Shown piece by piece: positions 52,065-62,284 of a stretch of 64,000 nt of DNA. This DNA is from a bacterium (GTDB lineage Bacteria > Zhuqueibacterota > Zhuqueibacteria > Residuimicrobiales > Krinioviventaceae). The number at the start of each line of letters is the position of its first letter. Position 1 is the stretch's first letter. The stretch is from NCBI GenBank assembly GCA_963675755.2, contig CAXXMD010000003.1, forward strand, positions 3,456,001 to 3,520,000. The letters are read 5' to 3'. The translations under genes and the position numbers were made by a program. The notes under the pieces are model-generated. The model was not told the DNA's origin. It ran no database searches and saw only the letters and a program-made list of their open reading frames with translations.

Positions 52065-52427
52065 ATGGAAATCTCTAACGAGTATTCAAAGCATTATAAT
52101 GAAGAAAATTTTTGGGACAAGCTTAAAAATCATGCGCTCAAGGCAGGGGCAGAACTTGTTGAAAAAGTATTGACTCTCTACTATGCGTTAAAAGATTCAG
52201 ATACTCCCGCGTGGGCTAAGGGAATAATTGTAGCTGCATTAGGCTATTTTATCTTTCCTTTGGATGCCATTCCAGATATCACTCCGGTTGTTGGATATGC
52301 AGATGATTTAGGGGTGATAGCAGCAGCATTAGCAACTGTGGCTATTCATATCAAACAAGAACATAAAGACAAGGCTGTTGAACAGATGAAAGTTTGGTTT
52401 GGGGATAATTACAAAAAAGAAGAATAA
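52065..52427 (+). CDS. YkvA/DUF1232 family protein
   Basis: TPAWAK...ALGYFIFPLDAIPDITPVVGYADD. Confidence 0.92.
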   Translation: MEISNEYSKHYNEENFWDKLKNHALKAGAELVEKVLTLYYALKDSDTPAWAKGIIVAALGYFIFPLDAIPDITPVVGYADDLGVIAAALATVAIHIKQEHKDKAVEQMKVWFGDNYKKEE

Positions 52428-52562
52428 TTGAGTTTTTTGTTTCTTGAATTTCTATAGCCCTGGGTATCAGACAGTTAAAGTACACCAGGGTTTTATTTTA
52501 TATTTTTGGTAAAAGAATGATGATACTTGAAACAATAATTTTAAAAATCATTGAGGTGTAAT

Positions 52563-53456
52563 ATGGATTTCATTATTTTTTGCCCAAACTGCCATAAAAA
52601 ATACAAAGTCACTGAAAATGACATCGAAAAAATCGGTACATGCAGGAACTGTAATGAGAAGTTAGTAATAAAAGAATTAATAAAAATTGAATCTTTAGGA
52701 TTAATCCAACAACCTGTTAAATCCTTTAACGAAAAAAAAGGTCTAAAGAGGAGACAGTTAATTATTCTCGGAATTTCTATTATAGTAGTATTGATCATAG
52801 CTATTTTTATGAAATATAATACTAAAATGATTGAATTAATTCATGACAATGAAACAATCTATGGTACAATTGAGGACATAGATGGTAATATTTATAAAAC
52901 AGTAAAGATTGGCGATCAATGGTGGATGGCAGAAAATTTAAAAGTGCAACATTATAAAAATGGGGATAAAATTTATAATATAACTAAAACATACCAATGG
53001 AGTATACTAGAAGTTGGAGCCTATTGTAGTTATGATAATAATTCAACCTTAGTTCCAACTTTTGGTCTGTTATATAACTGGCATTCTGTAAACGATGTAC
53101 GTGGTTTAGCACCAGAAGGATGGCATATACCTACAAAAGAAGAATTTGAGATTATGTTCGAACACTTGGGGGACTATGAAATGATTGGTGGAAAATTAAA
53201 AAGTGTTGGTACAGAATATTGGAGATCGCCGAATGAAGGCGCTACAAATGAAAGTGGTTTTTCTGCTTTACCTGGAGGCTGTCGTTCTGAATATGGAAAT
53301 TTTCAATGGCTGAGTTCGAATGCTTTTTTTTGGACAAACAGTAAAGATGGTTATACTAATTCTATTGATTTAGAATTGGGATTTGATGTTGCATACTTTG
53401 GTTATAGAAGTCTAAAAAGGCAATTTGGTGCGTCTGTGCGTTGTGTAAAAGATTGA
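52563..53456 (+). CDS. Zn-ribbon, TM helix and FISUMP (Fibrobacter major paralogous) domain protein
   Basis: CPNC...CRNC; DIDGNIYKTVKIGDQWWMAENL, GLLYNW, GFSALPGG, SVRCVKD. Confidence 0.9.
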   Translation: MDFIIFCPNCHKKYKVTENDIEKIGTCRNCNEKLVIKELIKIESLGLIQQPVKSFNEKKGLKRRQLIILGISIIVVLIIAIFMKYNTKMIELIHDNETIYGTIEDIDGNIYKTVKIGDQWWMAENLKVQHYKNGDKIYNITKTYQWSILEVGAYCSYDNNSTLVPTFGLLYNWHSVNDVRGLAPEGWHIPTKEEFEIMFEHLGDYEMIGGKLKSVGTEYWRSPNEGATNESGFSALPGGCRSEYGNFQWLSSNAFFWTNSKDGYTNSIDLELGFDVAYFGYRSLKRQFGASVRCVKD

Positions 53457-53465
53457 GTTTTTTTT

Positions 53466-53493
53466 AGAGTCTCTTCGGAGGCTCTTTTTTTTT
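53466..53493 (+). terminator. Intrinsic terminator
   Basis: agagtctc-ttcg-gaggctct followed by a long T run. Confidence 0.85.
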
Positions 53494-54175
53494 CTTAACT
53501 TTGTCAGACTCAAAAACCTTCAGTGGGGAAGGTTTAGAGAATTTGATTTTGAGATGAGTTTTGATACACTAAACGATATAAAAAAAGCCTGGTTTCCCAG
53601 GCAATCGATTTGTCTCAAAAACGGTGGTTAATAGAACTAATAAAAGTAATTTTTAGGGAAATCTAATGCAACTTGAATAATTTCCGTCAAACTTAATACC
53701 GGAGAAAAAAATCGAGCCGCCATTTAAGAATTTAGGATTGGCTAAAAAAGTAAAGCTATGAATCAAGTGAGAATGGGTAATCTTGCAATTTAGCCTTTTT
53801 TATAATTTTTCACTTTCATATTGTTTTTTCCCGAAAAAATACATTTATTACAATATAATATAAAAATTAGTGGGATCTTTAAGGTGGAAAGTTTTTCTGA
53901 ATAATAAATTAAAACTTGTTTGTTGATATATTCTAATGCTGTGTTATTATGTTTATGACTTGTATAGCACATAATCAAGTTCTCTGTTTTACATAATAAC
54001 ATTTTGCTTCTAATGAAATATAAGCAAATGATCATAGTTTATTATTCGACATTTTTTTACTATCCAATTGTTTTTTATCAAACTCGTTTAATACTTTGTT
54101 ATGGCTTACTAATACCAGTCAAATAATTATAAAACAATTAATGATAAACTTAAAATATCATAGGAACTTATTTGA

Positions 54176-55627
54176 ATGATTATTATTGGGACATATCCTG
54201 ATGCTTTTGAACTAAATAATTTATCAAGTCTAAATCAAATCTTAAATGAAATTTTGCCTCAGAAACTGTGCTTACACATCTTTCCATTTTATCCCAATTC
54301 AGGTGATTTTGGTTATGCACCTGATGATTGGTTCCATATAAGAGAAGATTTAGGCCAATGGGAAGATATTTATAATTTATCATCTAAATGGAAAATCATT
54401 GTTGACGGTATATATAATCACGTTGGCGTTAATCATGTTTGGAGCAAAAATTTTAAGGATGATCCAGAATATTATAGTAAAATATTGCATGCTTATAAAA
54501 ACTGCTCAATAGATCAAGGGCCATTTTCCCCACGGGGACAACCCGTTTTAGTAAAATCACACCTAAATTATTATTTTTGGAAAACTTTTTCCCATGCTGC
54601 AATAGATATTCGTTTAGATTCTGATATTGTACAAAAAAAAATTACTGAGCATTTAACTTTACTTGCTTCTGTAGGAATATGGGGAGTGAGACTTGATGCC
54701 GTGGCCTATTATTCTAAATTTTTAGGCGCAGAAATTAGACATAATCATGGTGTATTTAAAATCGCTAATAAAATGGCAGATAAAGTTAGATCACAAAATT
54801 TAAAAGTTTTAGCACAATTAGATTGCGATGAAGATGGGCTTAAATACTTCGCAGATGAAACTCGAAAAAATATCCCGATTAATGATTTTACTTATTCAAC
54901 ATTCTTGGCTTTATCAATTCTTGAAGAAGATCCAGAGATTCTAATGCGTCATATTGAACAAACAAAATATGATGGTCGAATCATAGTTAGAGTTCCTCGC
55001 ACTCATGATGGTATATTGCTCCGTTCAAAATTATTAAGAGAATATGATAAAGAAAAAATATTAAATTTTGCAGACTCTAAAAAAATCAAAATAAGAATAG
55101 CAAATGGTACACCATACGAACTTAATTGTTCAGCACCCTATCTATATTCTTTAATAAATCCCGGTATTAATGTTTATGATACAATACTTTTTTCTATAGC
55201 GGTAACAGGAATGATGCCTGGTTGGAGTTATTTTTATTTACCTTATATAATGGGGTATATTCCCGAAATTCAAACGTATTTGGAAGATTTTACAGACCCA
55301 AGAGCTTTAAATAGAATACAAATAACCAAAAAATATTTAGATAAATATTTAAATTTAAATCATCGTTATGAAGTTTATTCGTTACTATCAACATTAAATA
55401 AGATTCATTCAAGTCAGGATTTTCAATTTAAAACTGATTATATTATTAATAAACAATTATTAGTAATAACAACAATAGATGGTATGTATTCACTCATAGC
55501 AAATTTTGATAGATCAAAAAAATATCAAATACCAAAAAAATATTCAAAGGGGAAAATATTAAGACAGAATAAATTCATTGATTCAGAATTAGATGCATTT
55601 GGTTTTGTAATTATTTCATTAACTTAA
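54176..55627 (+). CDS. Divergent GH13_18 (sucrose/glucosylglycerate phosphorylase-like) protein
   Basis: HIFPFYP..GDFGY, DGIYNH, WKTF, RLDAVAY, THDGI, PYELN. Confidence 0.8.
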   Translation: MIIIGTYPDAFELNNLSSLNQILNEILPQKLCLHIFPFYPNSGDFGYAPDDWFHIREDLGQWEDIYNLSSKWKIIVDGIYNHVGVNHVWSKNFKDDPEYYSKILHAYKNCSIDQGPFSPRGQPVLVKSHLNYYFWKTFSHAAIDIRLDSDIVQKKITEHLTLLASVGIWGVRLDAVAYYSKFLGAEIRHNHGVFKIANKMADKVRSQNLKVLAQLDCDEDGLKYFADETRKNIPINDFTYSTFLALSILEEDPEILMRHIEQTKYDGRIIVRVPRTHDGILLRSKLLREYDKEKILNFADSKKIKIRIANGTPYELNCSAPYLYSLINPGINVYDTILFSIAVTGMMPGWSYFYLPYIMGYIPEIQTYLEDFTDPRALNRIQITKKYLDKYLNLNHRYEVYSLLSTLNKIHSSQDFQFKTDYIINKQLLVITTIDGMYSLIANFDRSKKYQIPKKYSKGKILRQNKFIDSELDAFGFVIISLT

Positions 55628-55653
55628 ATTAAATTAAGGTTGGAGGTTATTAT

Positions 55654-56595
55654 ATGAAAATTTATGCCTTAGATATTGGTGGTTCTTCAATTAAACATGG
55701 ATTAATTGATACAAACTCTGATAATATTGGTGTAATATTTAAAGGTCAAAATGTTTTGTTACCATCAAAGCATTTCAACGACCTCGAAACAAATGTACTA
55801 AAAATCATCGAAAACGCATTGGATGACAATAATGAAATAAATGCAATTGGTATTAGTACTACAGGTTCAGTAGATACAAACGGTGTTGTTGTAAGTGCAG
55901 GTCATTTTGAAGGATACAATAATATTTCATGGAGCAAAATAATTAAAGAAAATTTTAAAAGTATCAATATTGTAAAGACGGTAAACGACGGTCGTGCATC
56001 TGCATGGGGAGAATATGTTGCTTATAATAATAATAAAAAATCTCATGTTCATATTGTAGTAGGTACAGGAGTTGGTGGTGGCATTATATATAACAATGAA
56101 CTTCTTATGGGCGATAGCGGTCAAGCTGGCTATATAGGACATATAAAAATAACTTCTGAAAAAACTATTATTTGTAGTTGTGGGAAAATGGGTTGTTTAG
56201 AAACATTAGCTTCAGCTCCCGGGATTGTACAACATTACAATACTTATTCACACGATGAACGAGTCAATGACTTCACTTCAGTAGTAAAACTTGCAATGGA
56301 AGGAAATCAAAATGCCATCAATGCTATATTAAAAGGAGCTTATTGGCTAGGCATCGGCATTGGAAATGCTATGAATATTCTTAATCCAACTGTTGTCACA
56401 ATCGGAGGTGGTGTTGTCACCGCTGCTGATAGCATTAAAGTTGAAGATGGAGAAAAATCTTATTTCGAGTCAATAATAAATGGCGTTAAATATGCATCTC
56501 ATAGAAGAGTTTTTGCTAGTTGTGAAGTAAGAAAAGCTCGATACGGTAATGATGCTGGGATGATAGGTGTTGCTTCTTTATGTAATTCAAATTGA
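55654..56595 (+). CDS. ROK family sugar kinase
   Basis: LDIGGS, ND, GTGVGGG, CSCGKMGCLE, GNDAGMIG. Confidence 0.92.
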   Translation: MKIYALDIGGSSIKHGLIDTNSDNIGVIFKGQNVLLPSKHFNDLETNVLKIIENALDDNNEINAIGISTTGSVDTNGVVVSAGHFEGYNNISWSKIIKENFKSINIVKTVNDGRASAWGEYVAYNNNKKSHVHIVVGTGVGGGIIYNNELLMGDSGQAGYIGHIKITSEKTIICSCGKMGCLETLASAPGIVQHYNTYSHDERVNDFTSVVKLAMEGNQNAINAILKGAYWLGIGIGNAMNILNPTVVTIGGGVVTAADSIKVEDGEKSYFESIINGVKYASHRRVFASCEVRKARYGNDAGMIGVASLCNSN

Positions 56596-57647
56596 TACTA
56601 ATTTTGGTGAATAAAATGGATCATATTATTAGTGTTGTACTTCTAGAAAAGTTAGTTGTAGATACACATACATGTTCTACTTCAGACGGAAAAGAGATTG
56701 AAATCTTATTCAAAGAAAGTTGGGACCCTTCAAAGTATTTGGTTGATCCAGATGGAACAAGATTGATAGAAGAAATATCAAGACGATTAAAGGAACATTG
56801 GAAAAAGAAACAAGTGAAACCTAAGCATGTTATTATCTCAATGCCAGGAACTCTACAAGATGATAAAAAACTGATTAGTTCAAGTCGATTAGGTATTAGA
56901 AAACCTGTTGATTTTGCAAATATATTAAGTGATAAATTAGATGTTAATTGCTCAATTCACCATGATACAGAATGTTTAATTGCTGGAGAAATGAAATATG
57001 GTGATTACTTTCAAGATCAACCACCCCATTCACTAGTCTATATTTTTGTTGATGAAGGAATTGGTGCAAAAATATTGATTGATGGTAAACAGTATTTAGG
57101 TGCAGGTACAGCCGGTCTACTTGGGCGTCTTATTGTTCAGCCTGAAGGCGCCTATTATAAACAGCTTAGGTCAAATGGCTCTTTAGAGGTATATTCCAGT
57201 AGACCTTGGGTTAGCACAAGATTAGTTGAAGTTTATCATTCCGAAATGGATAAAAAAGAAATAGAGCCAGGAGCTGCAGAAATAAAATTCTCTAAGTTTA
57301 GACAAGCTTTGAAAACCGCATCGGAAGGGGACTGGAGCCAAATTAAGTACGATCGTATTTCCATTGGGATACAAGAAAATGATCCTATAGCACTAAAAGT
57401 GATTGACAATGCTGCCAAATATCTAGGCTATTCCATCAATTCAGTTGTTACTTTAATTAGTCCTAACCTTATTATATTAGCTGGTGCAATGATCACTGAT
57501 CTACCTTTATTTACTGAAAAGGCAATCAGTTATGCAAGACAATTTTGTTGGGCAACTGCTTGGAATAATACTGAAATTAAAATATCTGATTACGGAAGAG
57601 ATATGCAAGTATTTGGCTCAATTGAATTATACAATAATCTTAAATAA
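56592..57647 (+). CDS. Degenerate ROK family protein
   Basis: SMPG, HD, EGIGA, GTAG, GSLE, AAKYLG; lacks DxGG and the CxCG Zn motif. Start may be the ATG at 56616. Confidence 0.8.
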   Translation: MILILVNKMDHIISVVLLEKLVVDTHTCSTSDGKEIEILFKESWDPSKYLVDPDGTRLIEEISRRLKEHWKKKQVKPKHVIISMPGTLQDDKKLISSSRLGIRKPVDFANILSDKLDVNCSIHHDTECLIAGEMKYGDYFQDQPPHSLVYIFVDEGIGAKILIDGKQYLGAGTAGLLGRLIVQPEGAYYKQLRSNGSLEVYSSRPWVSTRLVEVYHSEMDKKEIEPGAAEIKFSKFRQALKTASEGDWSQIKYDRISIGIQENDPIALKVIDNAAKYLGYSINSVVTLISPNLIILAGAMITDLPLFTEKAISYARQFCWATAWNNTEIKISDYGRDMQVFGSIELYNNLK

Positions 57648-57670
57648 TAAAAGTATTTTGGTTAATTAAT

Positions 57671-58468
57671 ATGAAAGCATTAATAATAAATGCAGATGAT
57701 TTTGGTATCTCTGATGGTGTCTGTAAATCAATACTTGAGCTATTTGATAAAAATGCCATTTCGAGTACTTCATTGATGGTAGCATCACCAAATGCAATAA
57801 AAACAATTAAGAAGTGGAATGGTAAAAGTCTTTTAGGAAATGCGGGTGTACATCTACAATTGACAGCGGGTAAGCCATTAACTTCACAAAACAAAGTACC
57901 TAGTCTATATTCACTAGATTCTTCCAAAAAGTTTGGCGATCCACGAAATGGTCCTTTACCACAAATCAGTGAAGTTGAGATAGAATGGCGTTACCAAATC
58001 GAGAAAGCATGTGAATTATTAGGTGGTCTTCCAACACATATTGATAGTCATCATGGAATGCATCGAATTCCAGAGTTCTCTCGTACTTACATAAAATTGG
58101 CAAAAGAGTATAACATCCCAATGCGAGGGGCTATATCAGGTCCTTTCAAGGATATTGTGAAAAGAGAATCTTTAATTGCAACTATTGCAATTGTACGAAA
58201 GTGGACTGGACGCATGTTGGATTCAAATGAACTAATAAAGCAATTAAAAATGATAGAATATAATTATCCAGATGAAAATGTTATTGAGGTGATTTCACAT
58301 CCTGGTTATTCTGACAATTATTTAGAGTCTATATCTTCGTTTTCTAGTGTTCGAGAAAATGACCATTCTGTTTTATTATTTTTGGCTCAAAAAAATTGGT
58401 GGAGCCTGAATAGATATAAACTAATATCATATAAGGATTTTGGAAATGGCATTGCCAGAAGCATATAA
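57671..58468 (+). CDS. YdjC/ChbG family carbohydrate deacetylase
   Basis: LIINADDFG, GVHLQLT, THIDSHH, HPGY. Confidence 0.92.
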   Translation: MKALIINADDFGISDGVCKSILELFDKNAISSTSLMVASPNAIKTIKKWNGKSLLGNAGVHLQLTAGKPLTSQNKVPSLYSLDSSKKFGDPRNGPLPQISEVEIEWRYQIEKACELLGGLPTHIDSHHGMHRIPEFSRTYIKLAKEYNIPMRGAISGPFKDIVKRESLIATIAIVRKWTGRMLDSNELIKQLKMIEYNYPDENVIEVISHPGYSDNYLESISSFSSVRENDHSVLLFLAQKNWWSLNRYKLISYKDFGNGIARSI

Positions 58469-59717
58469 TGCATTAAAGGAAAGTTTTGATGAGTGGAAGA
58501 AATATCAGTCAAATAATTATGGTATAATTGATCTAAAACTTTCCAACTTCAATAAATTCGATTTTGAGGGGCGAGATCTTAGTAACTGTGATTTTAGTGG
58601 ATCCGATTTTGAGAATGCAAATCTTGACAACTGTAAAATACAAAATTCAAGATTCGACAACGCTTGTTTAGAAGGAGCAAGTATTGTAAATACCAATATT
58701 ACAGAGTCAATTTTTACAGAAACTAATCTTAGCCAAATCATATTTCGAGAATCTGAAATATTAAAATCAAAACTAATTGATGTTAATTTGAATGGAAGCG
58801 AAATTATCGATGCAAAATTAGACAAGAACACTTTTCGTAATTCAAGTTTTAATAGTACAAAAATAGAGTCTGCTACATTTAATAAATGTAGAATAGATAG
58901 TATTGAGTTTGATGACACAAATTTCTTAAATATAGAGTTTTTGATGTGTAAAATTAATAACTCTCAATTTAAACATGCGATAGCAAACAATTTAACTTTT
59001 AAAAAGAATGTAATCAAAAATCTTGATTTTTCAAATTCAAATTTAGCTAACGTAAACTATTTAGATTGTAATATATTTTGCTTAAAACAAGAAAATGCTA
59101 TCATTACTAGTATGGATTTATCAGGAAGCAAAATTACGAAAGTAAAGCTTGTTAATTTTAATTTAACTAACACAGTATTTTTGGATACTTCTATCAATAA
59201 TAGTAAATGGCCAACACAAAAAGGTCGAATATCATTTTGGGGAAAATATATTCCAAGTATATATCTTTTAAAACAACCTGTTCAGGATTTAAGGGGACTC
59301 ACACCATCTTTGAGGCGAGAAATCGCCGATGCACAATATTTAAATGAGAAAATAACTACCTCAAAGAATCGTTCTTTTTGGTCACGAATTTCTTTGAGTA
59401 TCTGGGGCTTTACAACTGGTTTTGGCCAAAGTTTAATGAGATTAACAATCGTATCAATTGCGCTAATTTTTGTATTGTCCTTTTTTTTTGTTGCTAGTGA
59501 TGGCAATCTTGGAGAATGGCCATATAATTTAACGAATGGAGCAAATGCAGTTAGTTATGTTTTTTATTCTTTTTTAGGATTAAGTTTAAAGAGTGGCCTT
59601 ATTTTATACAAACTGCAGAGAATAATTTTATTATTTTCAAGAATATTTGGATTTTTTATACTTGGTTTGTGGATAGGTCTTGCTGCTAATAAGCTTGGAA
59701 AGTTATCAAATGAATAA
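58446..59717 (+). CDS. Pentapeptide-repeat protein with a C-terminal multi-TM, channel-like domain
   Basis: About 200 aa of xLxxx/xFxxx repeats, then TTGFGQSLMR and 3-4 hydrophobic segments. Confidence 0.85.
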   Translation: MALPEAYNALKESFDEWKKYQSNNYGIIDLKLSNFNKFDFEGRDLSNCDFSGSDFENANLDNCKIQNSRFDNACLEGASIVNTNITESIFTETNLSQIIFRESEILKSKLIDVNLNGSEIIDAKLDKNTFRNSSFNSTKIESATFNKCRIDSIEFDDTNFLNIEFLMCKINNSQFKHAIANNLTFKKNVIKNLDFSNSNLANVNYLDCNIFCLKQENAIITSMDLSGSKITKVKLVNFNLTNTVFLDTSINNSKWPTQKGRISFWGKYIPSIYLLKQPVQDLRGLTPSLRREIADAQYLNEKITTSKNRSFWSRISLSIWGFTTGFGQSLMRLTIVSIALIFVLSFFFVASDGNLGEWPYNLTNGANAVSYVFYSFLGLSLKSGLILYKLQRIILLFSRIFGFFILGLWIGLAANKLGKLSNE

Positions 59718-60101
59718 TGTGTAAGATATAAAATATTATCTCCTAATTCACTTATTCTTTTCAGTACAAAATTTCATAATATAAAAAAATTTTTTATATA
59801 AATTGAATAACGTACCGTTTTTTTATACTTAAAGGTCGGTTGAATATTTTGTTTATTTGATAATAACGGTTGATTATTCGACAGGTAAATGTAATGTCAT
59901 AAAAAGTTTATTTTAATGTGATATCTTAAAACTTTCATTGTTATCCATAAACTTCTCTCAATTTCCCCCTCTTTATGTGTAAAAATATTGATAGGAATTT
60001 CTTCAAATGAATTATTAAGATTATTGTGTTATAAAAATTGTCACTAGTTATAACAAACGGAGAATCCTATTACCAAAATAGATGAACCTCTATTATCTTC
60101 T

Positions 60102-61164
60102 AAGTTAAAGTAATAAGTGTAACAGTTAAATTTTTCAATGGCATCATTAGTGCGTAGCACTAATGAATTTAAGGCTATAAAACTGGAGCACTTGTTACAG
60201 TATAAACAATTAACCTTTGAGCAAAGAATAGAAATTTATGTTTTTCTCAAAGTGGGTTTCAACCAGACCCAGATCGCAGAATCCATTGGTGTAAGCAAAT
60301 CAACTATTAGCCGAGAGATCAAACGAAATGCAGGACAAAAAGGATACTGACCTAAACAGGCAAACCAGAAAGCTCAGAAGCGAAGGCATAACGCGGAAAA
60401 ACATATTCGTTTTAGCAAGGAGCTTCAAAAGCTGGTAATTGAATGCCTGCAAAAAGACTGGAGTCTTGAACAGATCAGCGGTTGGCTCACGGTAAACAAA
60501 CAGCAAGCAATCAGTCATGTTACAATTTATCAGTTTATTATTCAGGATTACCAAGATGGCGGTGAGTTGTTTACTCATCTCCGTCAGAGAAAGAAAAAAC
60601 GACGTAAACGCATTAAATCCAATGACCGGAGAGGGCAAATACCTGACAGAATCAGCATAGATAAACGACCCGCTATCGTTGCGAATAAAGAACGTATAGG
60701 TGATTGGGAAATTGATACAATCATTGGTAAAAATCATAAAGGCGCTCTAGTGACCGCTGTAGAACGTAAAACAAAATTCACTTGTATTGACCATGTTCCT
60801 AGCAGAGACGCAGGGTTGGTAGCAAAAACATTGATAAAGATGTTGAGTCAGTACAAAGATTTTGTTCATACCCTCACAAGTGATAATGTTAAGGAATTCG
60901 CAAAACATCAACTAATTGCTGAAACCCTTGAAACAGATTTTTATTTTGCGCATCCTTACTGTTCATGGGAACGCGGTCTCAATGAAAATACCAATGGCCT
61001 GATTCGGCAATATTTCCCTAAAAAGACTAGTATGATTGAGGTTAACAAAGAACATATTGTTGCTGTACAAAATAAATTAAACAATAGGCCAAGGAAATCT
61101 TTGAATTTTCAAATGCCTTCTACTATATTCCATAATTCATCTGTTGCACTTGTTACTTGAATTC
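60102..61164 (+). mobile_element. IS30-family element with an inactivated transposase
   Basis: Imperfect inverted repeats at 60102-60125 and 61141-61164 (19/24); STISREIKRN, GDWEIDT, ERGLNENTNGLIRQY; one in-frame TGA at 60348. Confidence 0.9.
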
Positions 61165-61250
61165 ACGTCTAAAAAAATCGAATGATATACAAATTTTAAT
61201 AACTATGCATTATTTTGGTATAAGAACTCCGAATAAACAAAGGAGTTCTT

Positions 61251-61793
61251 ATGAACATAGGATATGCTCGAGTTTCAACTGACGATCAGAAACTCGACCT
61301 TCAAATGGATGCTCTACGAGCATCCAATGTAAACAAAATCTACCAGGACACAGCATCAGGAGCAAAAACGGACCGCAATGGTCTGGACCAGGCTCTAAAA
61401 TACGCTCGTCCTGGTGATACACTGGTCGTCTGGAAATTGGATCGACTCGGTCGCAGTCTGAAACACCTCATTGACGTCGTAAATGATCTCTCTCAACGGG
61501 GCATCTTTTTCAAATCTCTTCGTGAAAACATCGACACTTCCTCATCCGGAGGTAAACTCACCTTTCATCTTTTTGGAGCTCTGGCAGAATTCGAGCGTGA
61601 TATCATTCGTGAACGAACGATGGCAGGACTCGAAGCCGCCCGAGCTCGAGGTCGGTTCGGTGGCAGGCCCAGATCATTGAACGAAAAGCAAACGATGCAA
61701 GCCAGACAGCTCATGTCAAATAAGGCTAACAATGCCTCCGATGTCGCAAAAACGCTTGGAGTTTCAAGAGCCACATTGTACAGATATTTGTAA
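61251..61793 (+). CDS. Serine resolvase/invertase (Hin/Pin family)
   Basis: GYARVST, VWKLDRLGRS, AEFER, GGRP and HTH. Confidence 0.95.
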   Translation: MNIGYARVSTDDQKLDLQMDALRASNVNKIYQDTASGAKTDRNGLDQALKYARPGDTLVVWKLDRLGRSLKHLIDVVNDLSQRGIFFKSLRENIDTSSSGGKLTFHLFGALAEFERDIIRERTMAGLEAARARGRFGGRPRSLNEKQTMQARQLMSNKANNASDVAKTLGVSRATLYRYL

Positions 61794-61841
61794 AACATGG
61801 TATAAGAACCATGGTAAAACCTTAATTAAGGAGGATTATTT

Positions 61842-61979
61842 ATGATTAGTTTGAAACCACAGTTCCCGGAAAAGATTGAAAAAGCCGTCGGGATCACCAC
61901 CCTGGTTCTGAATGGGATACTGACGACAGTGCAGATCATCTCGCTGCTTCGTTCGCCGAAGCACACGGCTGAATCATGA
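61842..61979 (+). CDS. 45-aa hydrophobic small protein (not in the ORF track)
   Basis: AAGGAGG RBS; ATGA overlap with the next gene. Confidence 0.65.
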   Translation: MISLKPQFPEKIEKAVGITTLVLNGILTTVQIISLLRSPKHTAES

Positions 61980-62284
61980 CAGAATTGCCAGCAAAGAGTG
62001 ACGATGTTATCGTAGATGTGCAACTCAAACACATCGTCGCAACACTTTTCGTCATCGCCGGTGGGAGTTTTCTCATCGGCGCTTCTATTTTAGCGGTAAA
62101 AGACTATTTGAAATTCAAGCGCCAAAAAGCGATGCTGGACACAGCTGTGAATGTTATTCTATTAATTAAAAATGGAGGACCATCAGACATATGCAAAGAA
62201 CAGAAGACGGATACATTATCACCAACGATGACATCCGAAAAGCCAGAGACATCCTCGGATACATTGGAGTTGGGATCATCCTGA
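61976..62284 (+). CDS. Small single-TM protein
   Basis: ATGA coupling; TM segment IVATLFVIAGGSFLIGASILAV. Confidence 0.6.
   Translation: MTELPAKSDDVIVDVQLKHIVATLFVIAGGSFLIGASILAVKDYLKFKRQKAMLDTAVNVILLIKNGGPSDICKEQKTDTLSPTMTSEKPETSSDTLELGSS

Noticed and set aside
53790-54035. 81-aa minus-strand ORF
   Set aside because: Lies in an AT-rich intergenic region upstream of the cassette and has no recognisable motif.
60348-60350. Selenocysteine or stop-codon reassignment at the IS30 TGA
   Set aside because: The position corresponds to Arg in IS30 transposases, and other genes in the window use TGA as a normal stop.
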